DNA of 64,000 bases, taken from contig MU058714.1 of assembly GCA_013265495.1 (NCBI GenBank), positions 372,001 through 436,000 of the forward strand, in the 5' to 3' direction. The DNA comes from Vicugna vicugna. Its lineage: Eukaryota. Position 1 is the first letter of the stretch, and the number at the start of each line of letters is the position of its first letter. Of this stretch, positions 50,445 to 63,559 are shown in pieces. Position numbers and translations under genes: made by a program. The notes under the pieces are model-generated. The model did not search any database. It was not told the DNA's origin and was given only the letters and a program-made list of their open reading frames with translations.

Positions 50445-50632
50445 CAATGGGCAGATTTTGCAAATAAACCTCTAGAACACCCAATTAAATTTGAATTTTG
50501 GGTCAACAATGGCCGTCTCAGGCACATCCAGGACATACTTAAACTAAAAACGGGTTTGTTGTGTATCTGATGTTCAAATCTAACAGTGCTCTCTGTCTTG
50601 TCTGGTAGCTCTGCCTCCTGGGTGCTGGGCGA
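50445..50632. mobile_element. Degenerate MER53-like MITE
   Basis: cagattttgcaaataaa...aattaaatttgaatttt...ggacatactt...tctgatgttcaaatctaac. Confidence 0.6.
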
Positions 50633-53600
50633 CTTCAGACACTGGGGCTCAAGTCTCCTGGAAGGATCGATTCTGCTAACACCTGGAGGTCAGATACTGC
50701 TCACACCATCACTGATTCCAGGGGACTCTCTGCTTTGGCCTCATACCTTAGTACCTGCCAGGGGCCAGGCCCGGGTAGCACTCATCTAACCCTCACAAGG
50801 GCTGTGAAGTCTGTTTTGTAGAAAAGGAAGTACTTGCCCAGGGAAGTAACTGGGCTGAGTAATTACTCAGGATTTCTTGGCTGAGGAGGGGATATGGGTC
50901 CAGGTAGGCCCAACTGGGATCCCCTGGATTGGGCCAAAGAGAATTAGAGAAAGCTAAGCTGGGTGGACACTGAGTGGGGCCTGAGAAGCCTAGACCAGGC
51001 TTTGGGGTACTGAGGCCCCCTCCTGAGAGAACTCCTCCCCTGGCAGGCAGGGCCTCTGAGCCACGGGAAGGCCACTGGCGACAGCCTGGAACCCAGGGCA
51101 GCTGGACAGAAAGCTGCTGACTGCCTTCAGGGTTCAGGGCTTTTGAACTGCTGGCAACAATTTCTTCTAAGCCCTCAAGGGCTCATTTAAATGGAGTTAA
51201 AGTGCCCGGCCCCCGGTGGGAAAGGTTAAGTAGCAGAGATGAAGGATTAAGTGCTGGCTTGGGGGATGGGCAGAGCCTTCGGAAGGCTCTGGAGTCGGTC
51301 TGTCTCCCAACTCTTCCTCATCCCCTGCAGCCCCTCACCCTGCTTCCCCCACCAGGCAGACCCCTGGGGTTCACCCCTTTCTCTCTGGTCCTCACCAAGG
51401 TTCTTAAACACAGGCGTACCTGTGGATCACCTGCAGAGAGGCAGGTACAGCGTGAGCCAGGAAAGCCTGGAATTCTGCGTTCACAGCACCAGGGAGATGC
51501 GAGGCAGACGCGCTTCTTCATTAAGAGCTTGTCACTGAGACCCTACCCCACAGAGCAGCTCTGGGATGGGGTGGAAAGAAAGAAGAGGGGTTACCTCTAT
51601 ACCTCCACCCACCAGCCCACCTTGCTCCTTCCTCCCTCCTTTAGGGACATGCCCACCCGCTTCTGAGGACTGTAGGTCTCGGGGAGGAGGGACGACTGGG
51701 TGGGTACCTCCTGAGGAAACCCTGGCCTGGCAGTGACTGGAGCTGGGCTCTCCTCCCAGCAACTGCTAAAGAGGCAGATGGAGGGGGTCTAACTGTGTCA
51801 ACCTCTCCCTGGCCCACGCCCGCCCCTCAGGCACACACACGTCCCCCGCCCTCTGCCAGCCTCATCCTGGAGGAGCAGGGCAGGAGGGACCTTCTACAGG
51901 TTGGAAATCAAGGAGCCAAACAGCCCAGCTCCAACGGGGGGTCAGCATGGGGTGGGGGCACGGGGGATCGGTCCTTTGGTCTGGGGCCATATATCTTGGA
52001 TCTTTTCATCCAGGGCCCTGAAAGTGAGGTCTGTGTCAAAGTGCTTGGAGCCGGAGTGCTTCTGGAAGACATTCTAGAGGGATAAATAAGGGAGGTGGTT
52101 AGGCCACATGGCAACAGCTCGGCGTGGGAGGCTGCTGGCTGGGACCCAGTGTGGTGGTTGGGGGTGGAGACGAGTGCAGGCGGGTGGGTCCTCCTTCAGG
52201 GTTTGCTGATGAGGAGGTGGCGAGGAGGCGTGGGGGTGCGGTGAGCTGTGGGCGGAAGGTGGGGCCCTTGTGCGCTGGGGAGGCGCTGAAGGCTGAGACC
52301 CAGGCTTAGGACTAAATGGCCTGACAGGTGCGGTGAGAGAGCCCTGCCCACCACTGGGGACGCAGCAGAGGGTGGATGTTGCAGCAAGAGGGATTTGAAT
52401 GGGGTCAGGGAAGGCCTGGCGTCCTGGGCCCCTGTGTCTAGAAGACAGGGCCCAGGTATGGTTTTCTTCTTGCCAAGTCTCCTTGAGGCCCGTCAGGGTC
52501 TCGAGCGTGTCCGTGAACAGCTCCCCTCTGTGCCACTTACACTGCGTAACCAAGAGTGAGAGGCAGGGCTCTGAAAGGGGAGGGGGCGCCGGGCCAGAGA
52601 GGGGACTGGCTCTGCTTGTGGCTCTCTCTCCGGGTCGCTGGCTGAGCTGGACCCCTGGGGCTCCCCCTTGGGCAAGGTGGCCTCACTGCAGGCGACCCAC
52701 CCGGCAGTACAGGTAGCCCCGCCCTCCCCGAGCCTGCTTTAGTGCTGGGCCACCCCTGTCTTGGAATTTTTAATAACCTTTGAACAAAGGGCCCCAAGCT
52801 TTCCTGTGCACTGGGCCCCACAAATCGCTCAGCCGGGCCTGCTCTGAGGGCTGGGCCGGGCGAGAGGCAGTGCCTGGCGCAGCTGGTGGGTCCCGCAGAG
52901 GGAAGGCGGAGAGAGTCAACAGCGTTCCTCTCTTTCCTCCAGAGTCACCAGCCAGACCACCGGCTGGCGGGGAAGGCACGCCAGAGGCCCTGAGGGTTAC
53001 CCCAGAGAAGGCTATCCAGTGGAAGGTGAGGCCTGAGCAGCCCCTGACACCAACCATGCCTGAAGGCCACCTGGAGGCAGCAGATAGAGCCCCAGAGGGA
53101 TCAAGAGCCTGGGGAGGGGAGGAAGTGGAACCCTGCTGGTCTCGCCTGTTTCTGCCTTTTCCCCTTGAGGCCCTTTCACACCTTTGGTCTCATTTAGTGC
53201 TGTGAGGTCATTGCTATCACCCCATTTCCCAGAGGGGAAAACAAAGGCTTTGAGCTTTAAAGTTGTGGACCCCAAGCACGGGGCATCTGGCTGGCTGCCT
53301 CCAGAACCTGGTGTTCTGGTTAGAATAGAAATGCGAGGATCCTGCTCCAGGAGAATCCTGACTGAATAGGCCTGGAATGGGGTGTGAGGGTCCTATTTTT
53401 AGAAACTCCCCAGATTTGGAGTCTCCTATGGTCTTTGCCCAAGGTCACCCAGCTGGAAAACAGCATCGAAGGATTTGAACTCAGGGCCGTAGGTTCCAGC
53501 TCCACTATAGTGTAGCTGCCTCAGAGGCCAGGACGCGCACAACACAGGGGACGGACTTTCGGGGGACGGGGAGCTTGTTATGGGGTCCCTGCTGAGGCCC

Positions 53601-53779
53601 AGACCCCGCCAGGGTTTTCCCACTTATTCCTCATGACATCCCTCTGAGGCAGGCGTCGTGCTCTCATTTTATAGGTAAGCATGTGGCGGTCCGGAGAGGT
53701 CATGGGTAACGCGGTACCAGGAGCTCCCACTGCGACGCCCCTGGGGATGGGAGCAGGGTCACCGCCTGGGCTGTGCAGT

Positions 53780-53930
53780 AGAACCACAGGGGAGATTTAA
53801 AATAACACCAGGCGGGGCACCGCCCAGACCAACTGTTTCAGAATCTGGGTTTTTTTATTTTCTTTTCTGTACAGAATCGCCCAGGCGGTTCTGATGAATG
53901 GCACTGAGGGCAGTGAACTGTGATTCAGAT
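53780..53930. mobile_element. MER5-like fragment
   Basis: agaaccacaggggagatttaaaa...cccagaccaactg...tcagaatct...caggcggttctgatg. Confidence 0.45.
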
Positions 53931-55059
53931 GAACTAGAGGAACAGATTCCCCATCCTGCCATGAAGATGGGGGTGGGGCGGCAGTCTAGATCACCACCCG
54001 CGCCCCACCCCCACTGTGGCCTTGGGTCGGGACTCTGGTTTCCGGGTGGCCTGAGAACTCCACGCAACCCTTCTTCCTGGGTTTGCAGAGAGATGACTGG
54101 GGAACCCTGGCGCAGCCGGAGCCCGGGGTGGAGCAGAGGCCCCCTGCCCTCTCAGGACACACATGCCCACCCCGCTCATTCTGGATCAGGGCCAACTTCA
54201 TCAAGCTCCCCAAGCCCTGGCTGCTGTGCTCTGGGGGACAGAGTCTGGAAGACACCAGGCCTAGGGACAGACTCGTAACAGAAGCCCGAATCCTGCTCAG
54301 CAGGGCTGGACACCTGCCACAACCATCCCGGACTGGGAGGAAGGCCCAGGGCTGTGACCTGTGACCTGGGGGGCCCCCAGGCGCTGCAGAGCCACCACCC
54401 ACCCTCATCCTAGACCGGTACACCTTGTGGCCAGCCTTGAGGGGAGGGCTTGCCAGACAGACCACGGGCGGAGGCTCCCGGGGTGCCACTGGGGGCTGAA
54501 GAGCCGGAGGCCAGAGGCGGACACAAGCCCCTCCCTGGACTTGGAATCCCGGCTCCTCTCCTTGCTGTCCAAGGCAGGGGAGCCTGGGGAGCCCCTCAGC
54601 ACCCAGGCAAGTGCACCCACAGGTACGCCCCTCAGAGTCACCCTTGACCGACGGGGTGTCGCTACCAGCAGACGCTTCTCCCCTTTGTGCTCTGCGGACC
54701 CCCAGGTGCCCGCCCCGTCGCCCGCAGTGGTGGCAGCGCCACAGAGCACCCTCGCGCTGCTTCACCTCCTTCCCCGTTTCGTGCTCTCTTCTCTTCACTC
54801 CTGCTCCCTGGATCATCATTCCAAATAAACCACCCGCAGATCAAGCCAACCCCGTTACAGCCTTTGTGTTTGGGAGAACCCAGGATAAGCCATAACCTTG
54901 AATTTAGTGCCATACTGTAGTCACTGGGGGCTGGAGCGCTGGCGCTGGGAGTGGCCAGGATGCTACGCGGGTGGGAGAGTCGGGGAAACAGCCTGATGGC
55001 AGGACTGAAGCTCAGCGCAGTCTGGGGGGAGTTTGGTTTGGTTTTGTTTATTTTTTATC

Positions 55060-55960
55060 CATTTATTTTTTTAATAGACCTTTTCATGTCGGAATAATTA
55101 TAGATTCTCATGTTGCTGTAAGAAGTAACATAGAGACATTCTGTGTGCCCAGGGTCCCCCAACAGTATGATGTCGCAAACAAGGTATCAACGTGGGTGTA
55201 ATGCCCCACCTGACGGATGCTTCCCCAGTTTTGCTTGCGCTCATCTGTGCGTGTATTTGTTGTTGTAATGGAGGGACTGGGGATTGAACCCAGGATCTTG
55301 TGCATGCTAAGCATGCGCTCTACCACTGAGCTACACCCTTCCCCGACCCCCAGTGTGTATATGTAGTTTCTATAATTCTATTGCCCGCGTAGATTCATCT
55401 ATCTGCCACCACAGCAAAGACACTGAATGGTCCTGTGGCCTCAAGGATCTCTTGTGTTGTCCTTTTTATAACCACATCTGCTCTCCACTTCTATAACTGT
55501 AACTTCAAGAATGTTGTGCAAATGAGATCGCACACAACGCAATCTGATGGGACTGGCTTTTTTCACCGAAAATCAGTCCCAGGAGATTAACCCAAGCTGT
55601 GCGTGTGTCCGTAGCTCTCTGCGCTGCTGAGCGGCATTCTGCGGTGCGGCCATACCGCTCAGCCACGCGCCCGCCGGGGGTCGCCTGGGTGCTCCCGATT
55701 TCTGCCCATTAGGGACGAGGCTCCCGCACACATCCGTGGACAGGGTTCTGCGCAAGCACAAGCCTGCACTTCTCCGGGACAAGTGCTGAAGGGCGCGGGT
55801 GCTGAGCCACGTGGCAACTGCGTGTTCAGTTTTGTAAGAACCCGCCAGTCCGTTTTCTAGAGGGCTGTGTTATTTCACATTCCTGCTCACAATGCGGAGT
55901 GGCCCAGTGTCTCCGCAGCTTTGCCAGGACGTGCTGTGCTCATTATTTTTTATTTCAGCA
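55060..55960 (-). mobile_element. Ancient L1M 3' fragment (hosts the SINE at 55262)
   Basis: ttatagattctcatg...gtaagaagtaacatagaga...ggcttttttcac L1M 3'UTR-like. Confidence 0.6.
55262..55344 (-). mobile_element. Second Vic-1-like tRNA-derived SINE, nested in an old L1
   Basis: Reverse complement GGGGAAGGGTGTAGCTCAGTGGTAGAGCGCATGCTTAGCATGCACAAGATCCTGGGTTCAATCCCCAG, closely similar to the 43653 copy. Confidence 0.85.
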
Positions 55961-56214
55961 AGATGCGGTGGCCAGGGGTGCTGGGGTGCTGGTGTGCGGG
56001 GGCCTCAGGGCCTCACTGTCTGGGTGCCAGGAGGTGGTGGGGGCTGTCACAGAGCGCCAGGTCATTCTCAAATCCTTTCCAAGGGCTGAAGTGGCTGCTG
56101 AGCCTACCCACTACCCATCTGCTCGCCCTCTGCTTTCCTGGGGTCCCACCTCACACCCTGCCCAGGCCCTGGGTCTTCCTGCTGGAATGTGCCCTGAGTG
56201 CACTCCTATCCCCA

Positions 56215-56550
56215 CAGTGTGTGACGTGTGTGTGTGTGTGTGTGTATGAGTGTATGATGCATGCATATATGTGCGTGCAGACATGTGCTTATGCATCTGT
56301 GTACTGTATGAGTGTGCGCGTGTGCATGTGTGGGTGCATTCATGAATGTTTATTCTTGCGCATGCAGTCATGCCTGTGACGTGCAGGTGTGTGTGTATAC
56401 TGGGCATGACGCATGTGCGGGAATCTATGTATACATGTAGCTGTGTGCTGCATGTGCGTGTACAATGGCTGTGCACATGCGTGACGCACGTGTTTTGGGT
56501 TTGCACGTATGTGATGTACACACTTACATGTCGTATATATGTGTATCATG
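56215..56550 (+). repeat. Degenerate purine-pyrimidine (TG/CATG/TA) low-complexity tract
   Basis: About 330 bp of mostly alternating RY sequence. Confidence 0.85.
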
Positions 56551-56559
56551 TTTAATCTC

Positions 56560-59500
56560 AATATGCGAAAAGCTAACACAATTTGATAGGAAACAGCTAA
56601 ACAACCCAGCAGAAAACTAGACAAAGGATATAAACAGGTAATTCATAGAAAAAAAGATTTAAATGGTCAATGGAATTTAGAACATATGTACATCCCACAA
56701 AACAAAACCGGATGGAAGGAAACAATACAAGGCCCACATTGCGTCTAGTGGGCAAAATGAAATAAGGTTTCACCTCACTGATAGGAGAATTCAAAATGAT
56801 ACATTGTTCACTCTTGAGGTTGCTAAAATTTAATACAAACACTCAGATCCACGGAGGCAAAAACATGGGGGTCAGAGACACCTCATATTGCGCCTGCCTA
56901 GTGAATTGCAACTGTGAATTGCAACAACTTTCGGGGAAAGTAATCAGGCAACATCTACCAAGAAGAAAATAATACACATACCTTGTGACCCAGTGATGCC
57001 GCTGTGGGAACCTCTTCTACAGAAATAAAAACAAGTCTATGAAAAAAGACATAAAAGGATGCACTTTAGCATTGTTCATGGAGGGCAAAACCAAAGCAAA
57101 ACAGAAACAAAAAACTGGAAGCAACTAAAATGCACATCTTTAGGGGAATGATTGTGCAAACTGTAGCAAATTCACACGGTGGCTTATTGTGCAGCCCTGA
57201 AAAGGACTTAAATCTGCATCGGTTGAAGTGGAAGATGCCAGAAATTGACACAACATTATAAACTGACTAATACATGTCAACTAAAAAAAAAGATACTTTA
57301 CTTTGTAAAAATAGCTTTAGTGATGTACAGTTGGCATACGACTCTCACATTAATATCTAAAGGGTACACTTCGACAGGTTCTGACATATGTACACAAGAG
57401 AATGAACACATCCGCCCCCCTCCCCCAATCCTCCCCTCCCCCTCTCCCTGCTTCCTCCCACCCTAGCCTTCCCTGGGCAACCCCTGATCTGCTATTTGTC
57501 ATCACAGACCCGTCTGCATTTTGGAGAGTTTTGTATAAATGGAATCCCACAGTCCGTACTCTTTTTTGTTTGGCTTCTTTCCCTCAGCCCAGTTTTAAGA
57601 TTCGTTCACGTTGTTGTGTGCACGAATAGCTCTTTTCTTTTTATTGCAGAACAGTGTTCCAGTGCACAGAAATAACACAATTTCTTTATCCAGTCACCTG
57701 TTGACGGCTTGTTTCCAGTTTTGGGGACTTACAAATAAAGCTGCTAAGAACATTTGTGTGCAGGTTTTTGTATGGACTTATGCTTTCATTTAAATACCTA
57801 GGAATGGAATGGCTAGATCATATGATAAAGGTATCTTTAACTTTCTAAGAAACTGTCAAACTTTTCAAAGCTATTGTGCCCTTCTGCAGTGTCACCATCC
57901 ATGTATGGGAATCCTAGGTCCTCCACAGCCTCATCAAACATTCGCCGCCATCAGGCTTTTAATTTTAGTCCAAGAGGCGTATGTGAGCATGGTTTTGATT
58001 GCATTTCTCTAATGACTAATGATGTTTGGCGTCTTTCATGTGCTATTTGTCATACACATATCTTCTTTGATGAAGTGTGTTCACATCATGTGTGTGGACT
58101 TTTGCGGGGGTGGGTGCGAGGCGGAAGGGGGTTTTCTGTTTTCTGACTATTGAGCATTGAGGGTTCTCTTTTTATTCCTCGCACACATCCTTCATTGGGT
58201 GTATGGTTTACAAATATTTTTCCCTTGTTCGGGTCTTTCCATTCTCTTAACAGACTTTCAAAGAGCGGGGTTTTAATATTCTTCAAAATTGTAATAGCTT
58301 TATTGAGATGCACTGCACACACCAGGCAATACCACTTGCGTGTACAACAGAAGATGCTTCCCAGATACGTCCCAGTCAGCTTCAGAATGTTTAGAACATT
58401 TTCATCGGGTCATTCCCGTTAGCAGCAGCCCCCCCCCCCCGGCCCCAAGCAACTTCTAATAATAGTTTTTAACTTTGATGATTCCAATTGATTCCGTTTT
58501 TCTTTTGTGGATCCCACTTTTGGTACTGTATCTACGGTATCTTTGCCTAACTCCAGGTCACAAACTTTTTTCTCATATTTTTTTTTTCCTGAAGTTTCAC
58601 AGCTTTAGGTTTTACATTTAGGTCAACGATCCATTTTCAGTTGCTTTTTGTTACGTGGGTGGGTGGAATGAATTGGAGTGGTCTTTTTGCATATGGATAT
58701 CCAAATGTTCCATTTGTTGAAAAGACTTCTCGCTGAATTGCTTTTGCACCTTTGTGAAAAATCAGTTGTTTATGGACGTGCAGCTCTGTTTCCGTTCCAT
58801 CAGTCTGTGCGTTCATCTTCACGTGAGTGCCGTGTCTTGATTGCTGCGGCTTTGTGATAAGTCTTGAAATTGGGTAATGGTAGCCCTCCAACTTCATGCT
58901 TTTTTTTTTTTTTCCCCAAAGTTGTTTTAGCTACTCTAGGTCCTTCCATATTTTCATATGCATTTTAGAATCAGCTTCCCCATTTCTACAAAAAAGAGCC
59001 TGCTGGGACTGTGACCGGGACCGCACTGAATCTATATACACTTTGGGGGAGAGGACAGCTCAACAGAACTGAGCTACCGAGTCCTCCAAGCTCTCTCTCT
59101 GCATTTACTTAGATCTCTAAATTTCTCTCAGCAATGACTTGTGGTTTTTAGTGTACGATTCTTAAGCATCTTTTGTCAGATTCATCCAAGTGTTTCATAT
59201 TTTTGGTGCTACTGTAAATGATATTTTAAATGTTTTAACTTTCTGGTTGTTGCCATTCTATAGAATACAGTTGATTTTTATACATCGATGTTTCTCCTGC
59301 GACGTTTTCTCCCCTCTGCCTCCCTTCACTGGCTAGAACCGCCCACGTGGCGTCGGGTCACGTGGGGAGAGGAGACGTCCTTGTCTTGTTTCTGATCTTA
59401 GGCTTTCGACCTTTTCCCATTTATTCTGGTGCCAGTTATGATGCCTTTTATCAGGCTGAGGAAGTTCCCTTCTTTTCCTAGTTCGCTGAGAATTTTTTTT

Positions 59501-59930
59501 TTTTCCGGTCATGAATGGATGTTGGATTTTGTCAAATGCGTTTTCCTGCCTCTGTTTTGAGATGATCGGATGGTTTTTCCTTCTAGGCTGTCAAAGTGGT
59601 GAGCTGCATTGACTGACTTTCAGATGCTGGATCAGGCTTTGTCCCCCACAAACCCCGCTTGCTCGTGGTGTTTTATCCTTTTAATGCATCATCAGATTTG
59701 ATTTGCTAAAATTCTGCTTAGCACTTTTGTACCTGTGTTGATGGGGGATTTTGGCCTGTCGCCGTCTTCTCTGGTAACACCTTCGTCTGATTTTTGCATC
59801 AGGGTAACGCAGGCTAATAGGATGAATTAGCATGTGTGATTCTTGGCTTCAGTTTTCTGAGACAGCTCGTGTCCGGTTGGTATCATTTGTTTCTTTAATG
59901 TTTGGTAGCCCTCACCTGTGGCGCCGTCTG
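56560..59930. mobile_element. Cluster of decayed L1M fragments (+ strand ~56560-57260, - strand ~57290-59930)
   Basis: A-rich then T-rich L1 ORF2/3'UTR-like sequence (catatggatatccaa...catttgttgaaaagact, tcaggctgaggaagttcccttct). No intact ORF. Confidence 0.75.
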
Positions 59931-60179
59931 GGCCTGGGTTTTTGATGTTGTTGTTGTTTTTGTTGTAACAAGTCCCAGCAGACTATTTCTTGAAGGGGAA
60001 ATGCACAGGGCCAAACCAACTCATTTTGGAAAATAAACTTTAAGATCAAAGTAGTACGTAGGCATGGATTTTTCAATGCGAAGCAGAAGGCCTACGGTGA
60101 CCTCAGTCCCTCCTCCAGCTGTTAGGACCCTTAGCCCTTTCTGGCCACGGCTTCCATGTCTTCAGACGGCACAGGTGGC

Positions 60180-61355
60180 ATACTCGTTCAAACACCCATT
60201 TGACAAATATTTACCGAGGTCTCACTGTGTGCCGGGCATTATTCTAGGCCCTTGTGGAATTCCGTGAACAAGGCAAAGATCTCTGCCCTCCAGATAACAG
60301 ATGTGGCTACCCTCATCCTACAGTGAATACAGTTCCAGCAGGGGCAGACCCACAACAGACAGGAAACGTGAACATGTAAGGTGGACACCATCTGAAAATG
60401 CAATAAGCACTTTGGGAAAATACAGAGGAGGTTAAGGGTGGCGGGGATCAGGAGTGCCAGGGAGAGGCAGGTGCAGTTTAACATAGGCTGGGCAGGGGGC
60501 TCTGGATTGAGAAGGAGGCATGTGAGCAAAGACTTGAAGTAGATGAGGAGTAGGCCATGTGGTGCTGCAGGCGCAGGTGGTGGTGTTCCAAGCAGAGGAA
60601 ACAGCCAGTGCAAAGGCCCTGAGGTGGGAGTATGCATGGTGCATTCAAGGATCAGCAAGGAGGCAGGTGGGCTGGAGGGAGGGCTTGGGCGAGGGTCAGA
60701 GATAAGGTCGGAGAGGGGATTGGGAGGGATGCCCCAGCACTCAGGTCTGGTAGGCAACTGTAAGGACTTCAGCCTTTTTTTTTTTTTCTTCTGAGTTAAA
60801 GGAGGAACTATTGCTGGATTCTGATCATGCACTGACTTGCATGTTTAGCGTTGTGCTCTGGCTTCTCTGTTGAGGATCAACTCTGGGGCAGACAAGGACA
60901 AAAGCAGGGAGACCGGCTAGGGAAGCAGTCTGTCTATATTCTGGGCAGGACGATGAAGCCTTGGACAGTGCAGAGGAGAGAGAGGAGGCCAGGTTCTGGG
61001 CCGATGCTGAAGGCAAAGACAACAGGCCTTGCTGATGGATTGGAGGTGAGGAGTGAAAAAAAATGGGAGTCACAGATACTCCACGTTTTATTTGCCGGGC
61101 AACTGGCAGGATGGTGTTGGCAGAGTCAAGATGGAGAAACCTGTGGGTGGAGCCAGTACAGGGAAGACTGGGTGCTCAGTTTTGGATGTGTTGAGTTTGG
61201 GCTGCTTCCTTGTTGGCCCAGTGGAGATGTCAACTTTAGCACTGCATGTGGTTGACTGGAGTTCGGAGAATGGTTTGGTACAAACTTAGAGGTTTAAATT
61301 AGGAGTTGATATATAAAGATGCTGCTTAAAGCCATGCGACTGGGCGAAATCACCA
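60180..61355 (-). mobile_element. L2 fragment
   Basis: caaatatttaccgagg...tgtgccgggc...gcagaggaaacagccagtgcaaaggccctgagg...ttaaagccatg. Confidence 0.7.
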
Positions 61356-62054
61356 CTTACAGCTTATCTCTTAATCCTTGTTGAGACAATCTATTGGGTT
61401 CTTGCTGTGATGGTTGAGGATTAAACTCAGTTCCACCCACTTTTTCCAATATAGGTGGACCACTGCTTTTAGCTCCCCTGTTACTCACCCAGGTAACTTT
61501 GTTCCACCCCATTTCTGGAGCCACAGAGGACACTGCCCCAACGTGTCTCGACTTCCCGCTGGGAAGCTGAGGATATGAGCGTTCCTGCCCCGCCCTTCGG
61601 GGCTCCCCTCCCGCCGCACCCCCTCCGCAGCTCTGCTTCTTGGGCGTCGCCAAGGCCACTGGCGACGGTCATCTGCTCTCTAACCACTTACGGTCGATGC
61701 CTTCTTTATAGGTTGGTACTAAAAGTGGAAGATCAATAACAGTTACGTTATTACGACTGTATATAAAAATTCAACGCACAGCCGAGCGGCATATAATGGT
61801 TGTGGCTTCGGTGTTTTTCTCGAGCCTCTGTCCTCCCTTTTGTTGGCGCTGCCTGCCTCTCTCTCATCCTGGGGCTCTTCCAACTTGTCAGTAATAGATA
61901 GAGCCTCTGAAATGCCTCTGTTGTAGGAGGAGACCCTCTGGGGTTCTCACCCTGCTCCGGCCTGGAGGGCTGGCCTCCTGGGAATGGCTTCCCTTCCCGC
62001 CTCACCTGGGGGGAACCGAGGAGCCCCAGGCCCTGCTCCTCCTGCCACTAATTA

Positions 62055-62190
62055 GTACCACCACTGCTGCTAACACCGCCAGCACCGCTTGCACCACCAC
62101 CACGCTGCCGGCACCAGCACGGCTGGTGTTGCCACACTGCTGGCACCAGCAGCGCCAGTCCCAGTGCCAGCAGCACGACCACCGCTCCCT
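62055..62190 (+). repeat. Degenerate (CCA/GCA)n low-complexity tract
   Basis: accaccactgctgct...caccagcagcgccag. Confidence 0.6.
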
Positions 62191-62194
62191 TTCC

Positions 62195-62760
62195 TAAGTG
62201 GAGGTGAGATTCACACGGCATAAAATGAATCGTTTAGAATCACTGATTTGGTGGCATTTAGTACATCCACGATGCTGTGCACCCACCACCGCCTCATTTT
62301 AGTTCCAGAGCTCCTCTTCCCCCAGAAGGAAACCCTGACCCATTAAGCCATCATTCCCCGTTTCCTGCTCCCCCAGCTCCTGGAGACCACGGTTCTACTG
62401 CCTGTCTCCAGAGACTGTTCTGAATGTTCTGTGTAGGATACATTCATGTAAAAATAGAATTACGCTCCGTGTGGCTGTTGTGTCTGGCTTCCTTCACTCA
62501 GCATCACATCTTCATGGTTCCGTCCGCGTTGGATCACACGTCAGAAATTCCTTTTTAAGGCTGAATACGATCCCGGTGTGTGGAAGGACCACGTTTAGTC
62601 TCTGTACTCGCCCGATGATGAACATTTCGGTTGTCTCCACCTTTTGTGGCGGTGAATCCAGCTGCTCTGAGCGTGTGTGCACACGTGTTCACCCGCATGC
62701 CTGCATTCAGTCTTTGGGGGGGCGTCCCTGCGAGTGGAATCGCTGGGTCTGTGGAACTGC
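62195..62760 (-). mobile_element. L1MB-like 3' fragment
   Basis: gagattcacacggcataaaatgaa...ggcatttagtacatccac...tgtctggcttccttcactcagca. Confidence 0.65.
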
Positions 62761-63559
62761 TGGAGGAGGACCCATTCCCTCCTGGCGCTCCACCCCTGGG
62801 CCGGAGCACATCTAAGTCTCTTCCTGAGGAGGCTGTGTGGGAGGTGAGCTTTCCGAGGCCTTACATGTGTCCCTGCCCCGTCACAGCCTGCCGGGCCACT
62901 CCTCCCGTCCCCGCCTCCTATACGGAAGCGATGCCCTGCCCGGTGGGGCTGGGGCACGGAGCCCAGCCCTGAATCCGACACTTCTGGGTACCCCCGCACT
63001 CCCGCCCCCCGCACTGTGGAGGCTGCATCCGACAGAGCAGTGGTTCATCAAGGCCTGCTCTACAGCTGGCCAATGATGTCCCCTGTGGTGGGTGAGCAAA
63101 GGGGTCTCAGGGGGGCAGAGTCCCTGCTCTCAGCCCAGAGGAAGTCGCGTCAGAACCCGGGAGTCCTCGTGCCGTGACCCCACGCCAGTGACTTTCTGCC
63201 CGAGGGAGGGGAGGCTGGGGCTGGCCGCGCTCAGCCCCTCAGTACCAGCTTTCAGAGGCACAGTGATTTTTCTCTGCTCTCTGTTAACTGAGGACCAAGT
63301 CCGGCATCAAACAAGCTGTTGTGAGTGATAACTGGGCTTTATCTGGCTCCAAGAGTGGCCAGATGAGCTGCTTGTGGGTGGATCCCACCCGATCTCCCAT
63401 CCAAGCCCCCAGAGAGACTTGACCCTGGGGCTTCTGGGGGCTTCGGGCTGCGCCAGCTCTGGAGGGAATGTGGCCCAGAGAGGCATTATCAGGCTGGGTT
63501 GGTGATCTTTCTGTCTTGCTTATTGACTGCATGGCCTTGGGAACATATTACTGGTTCCT

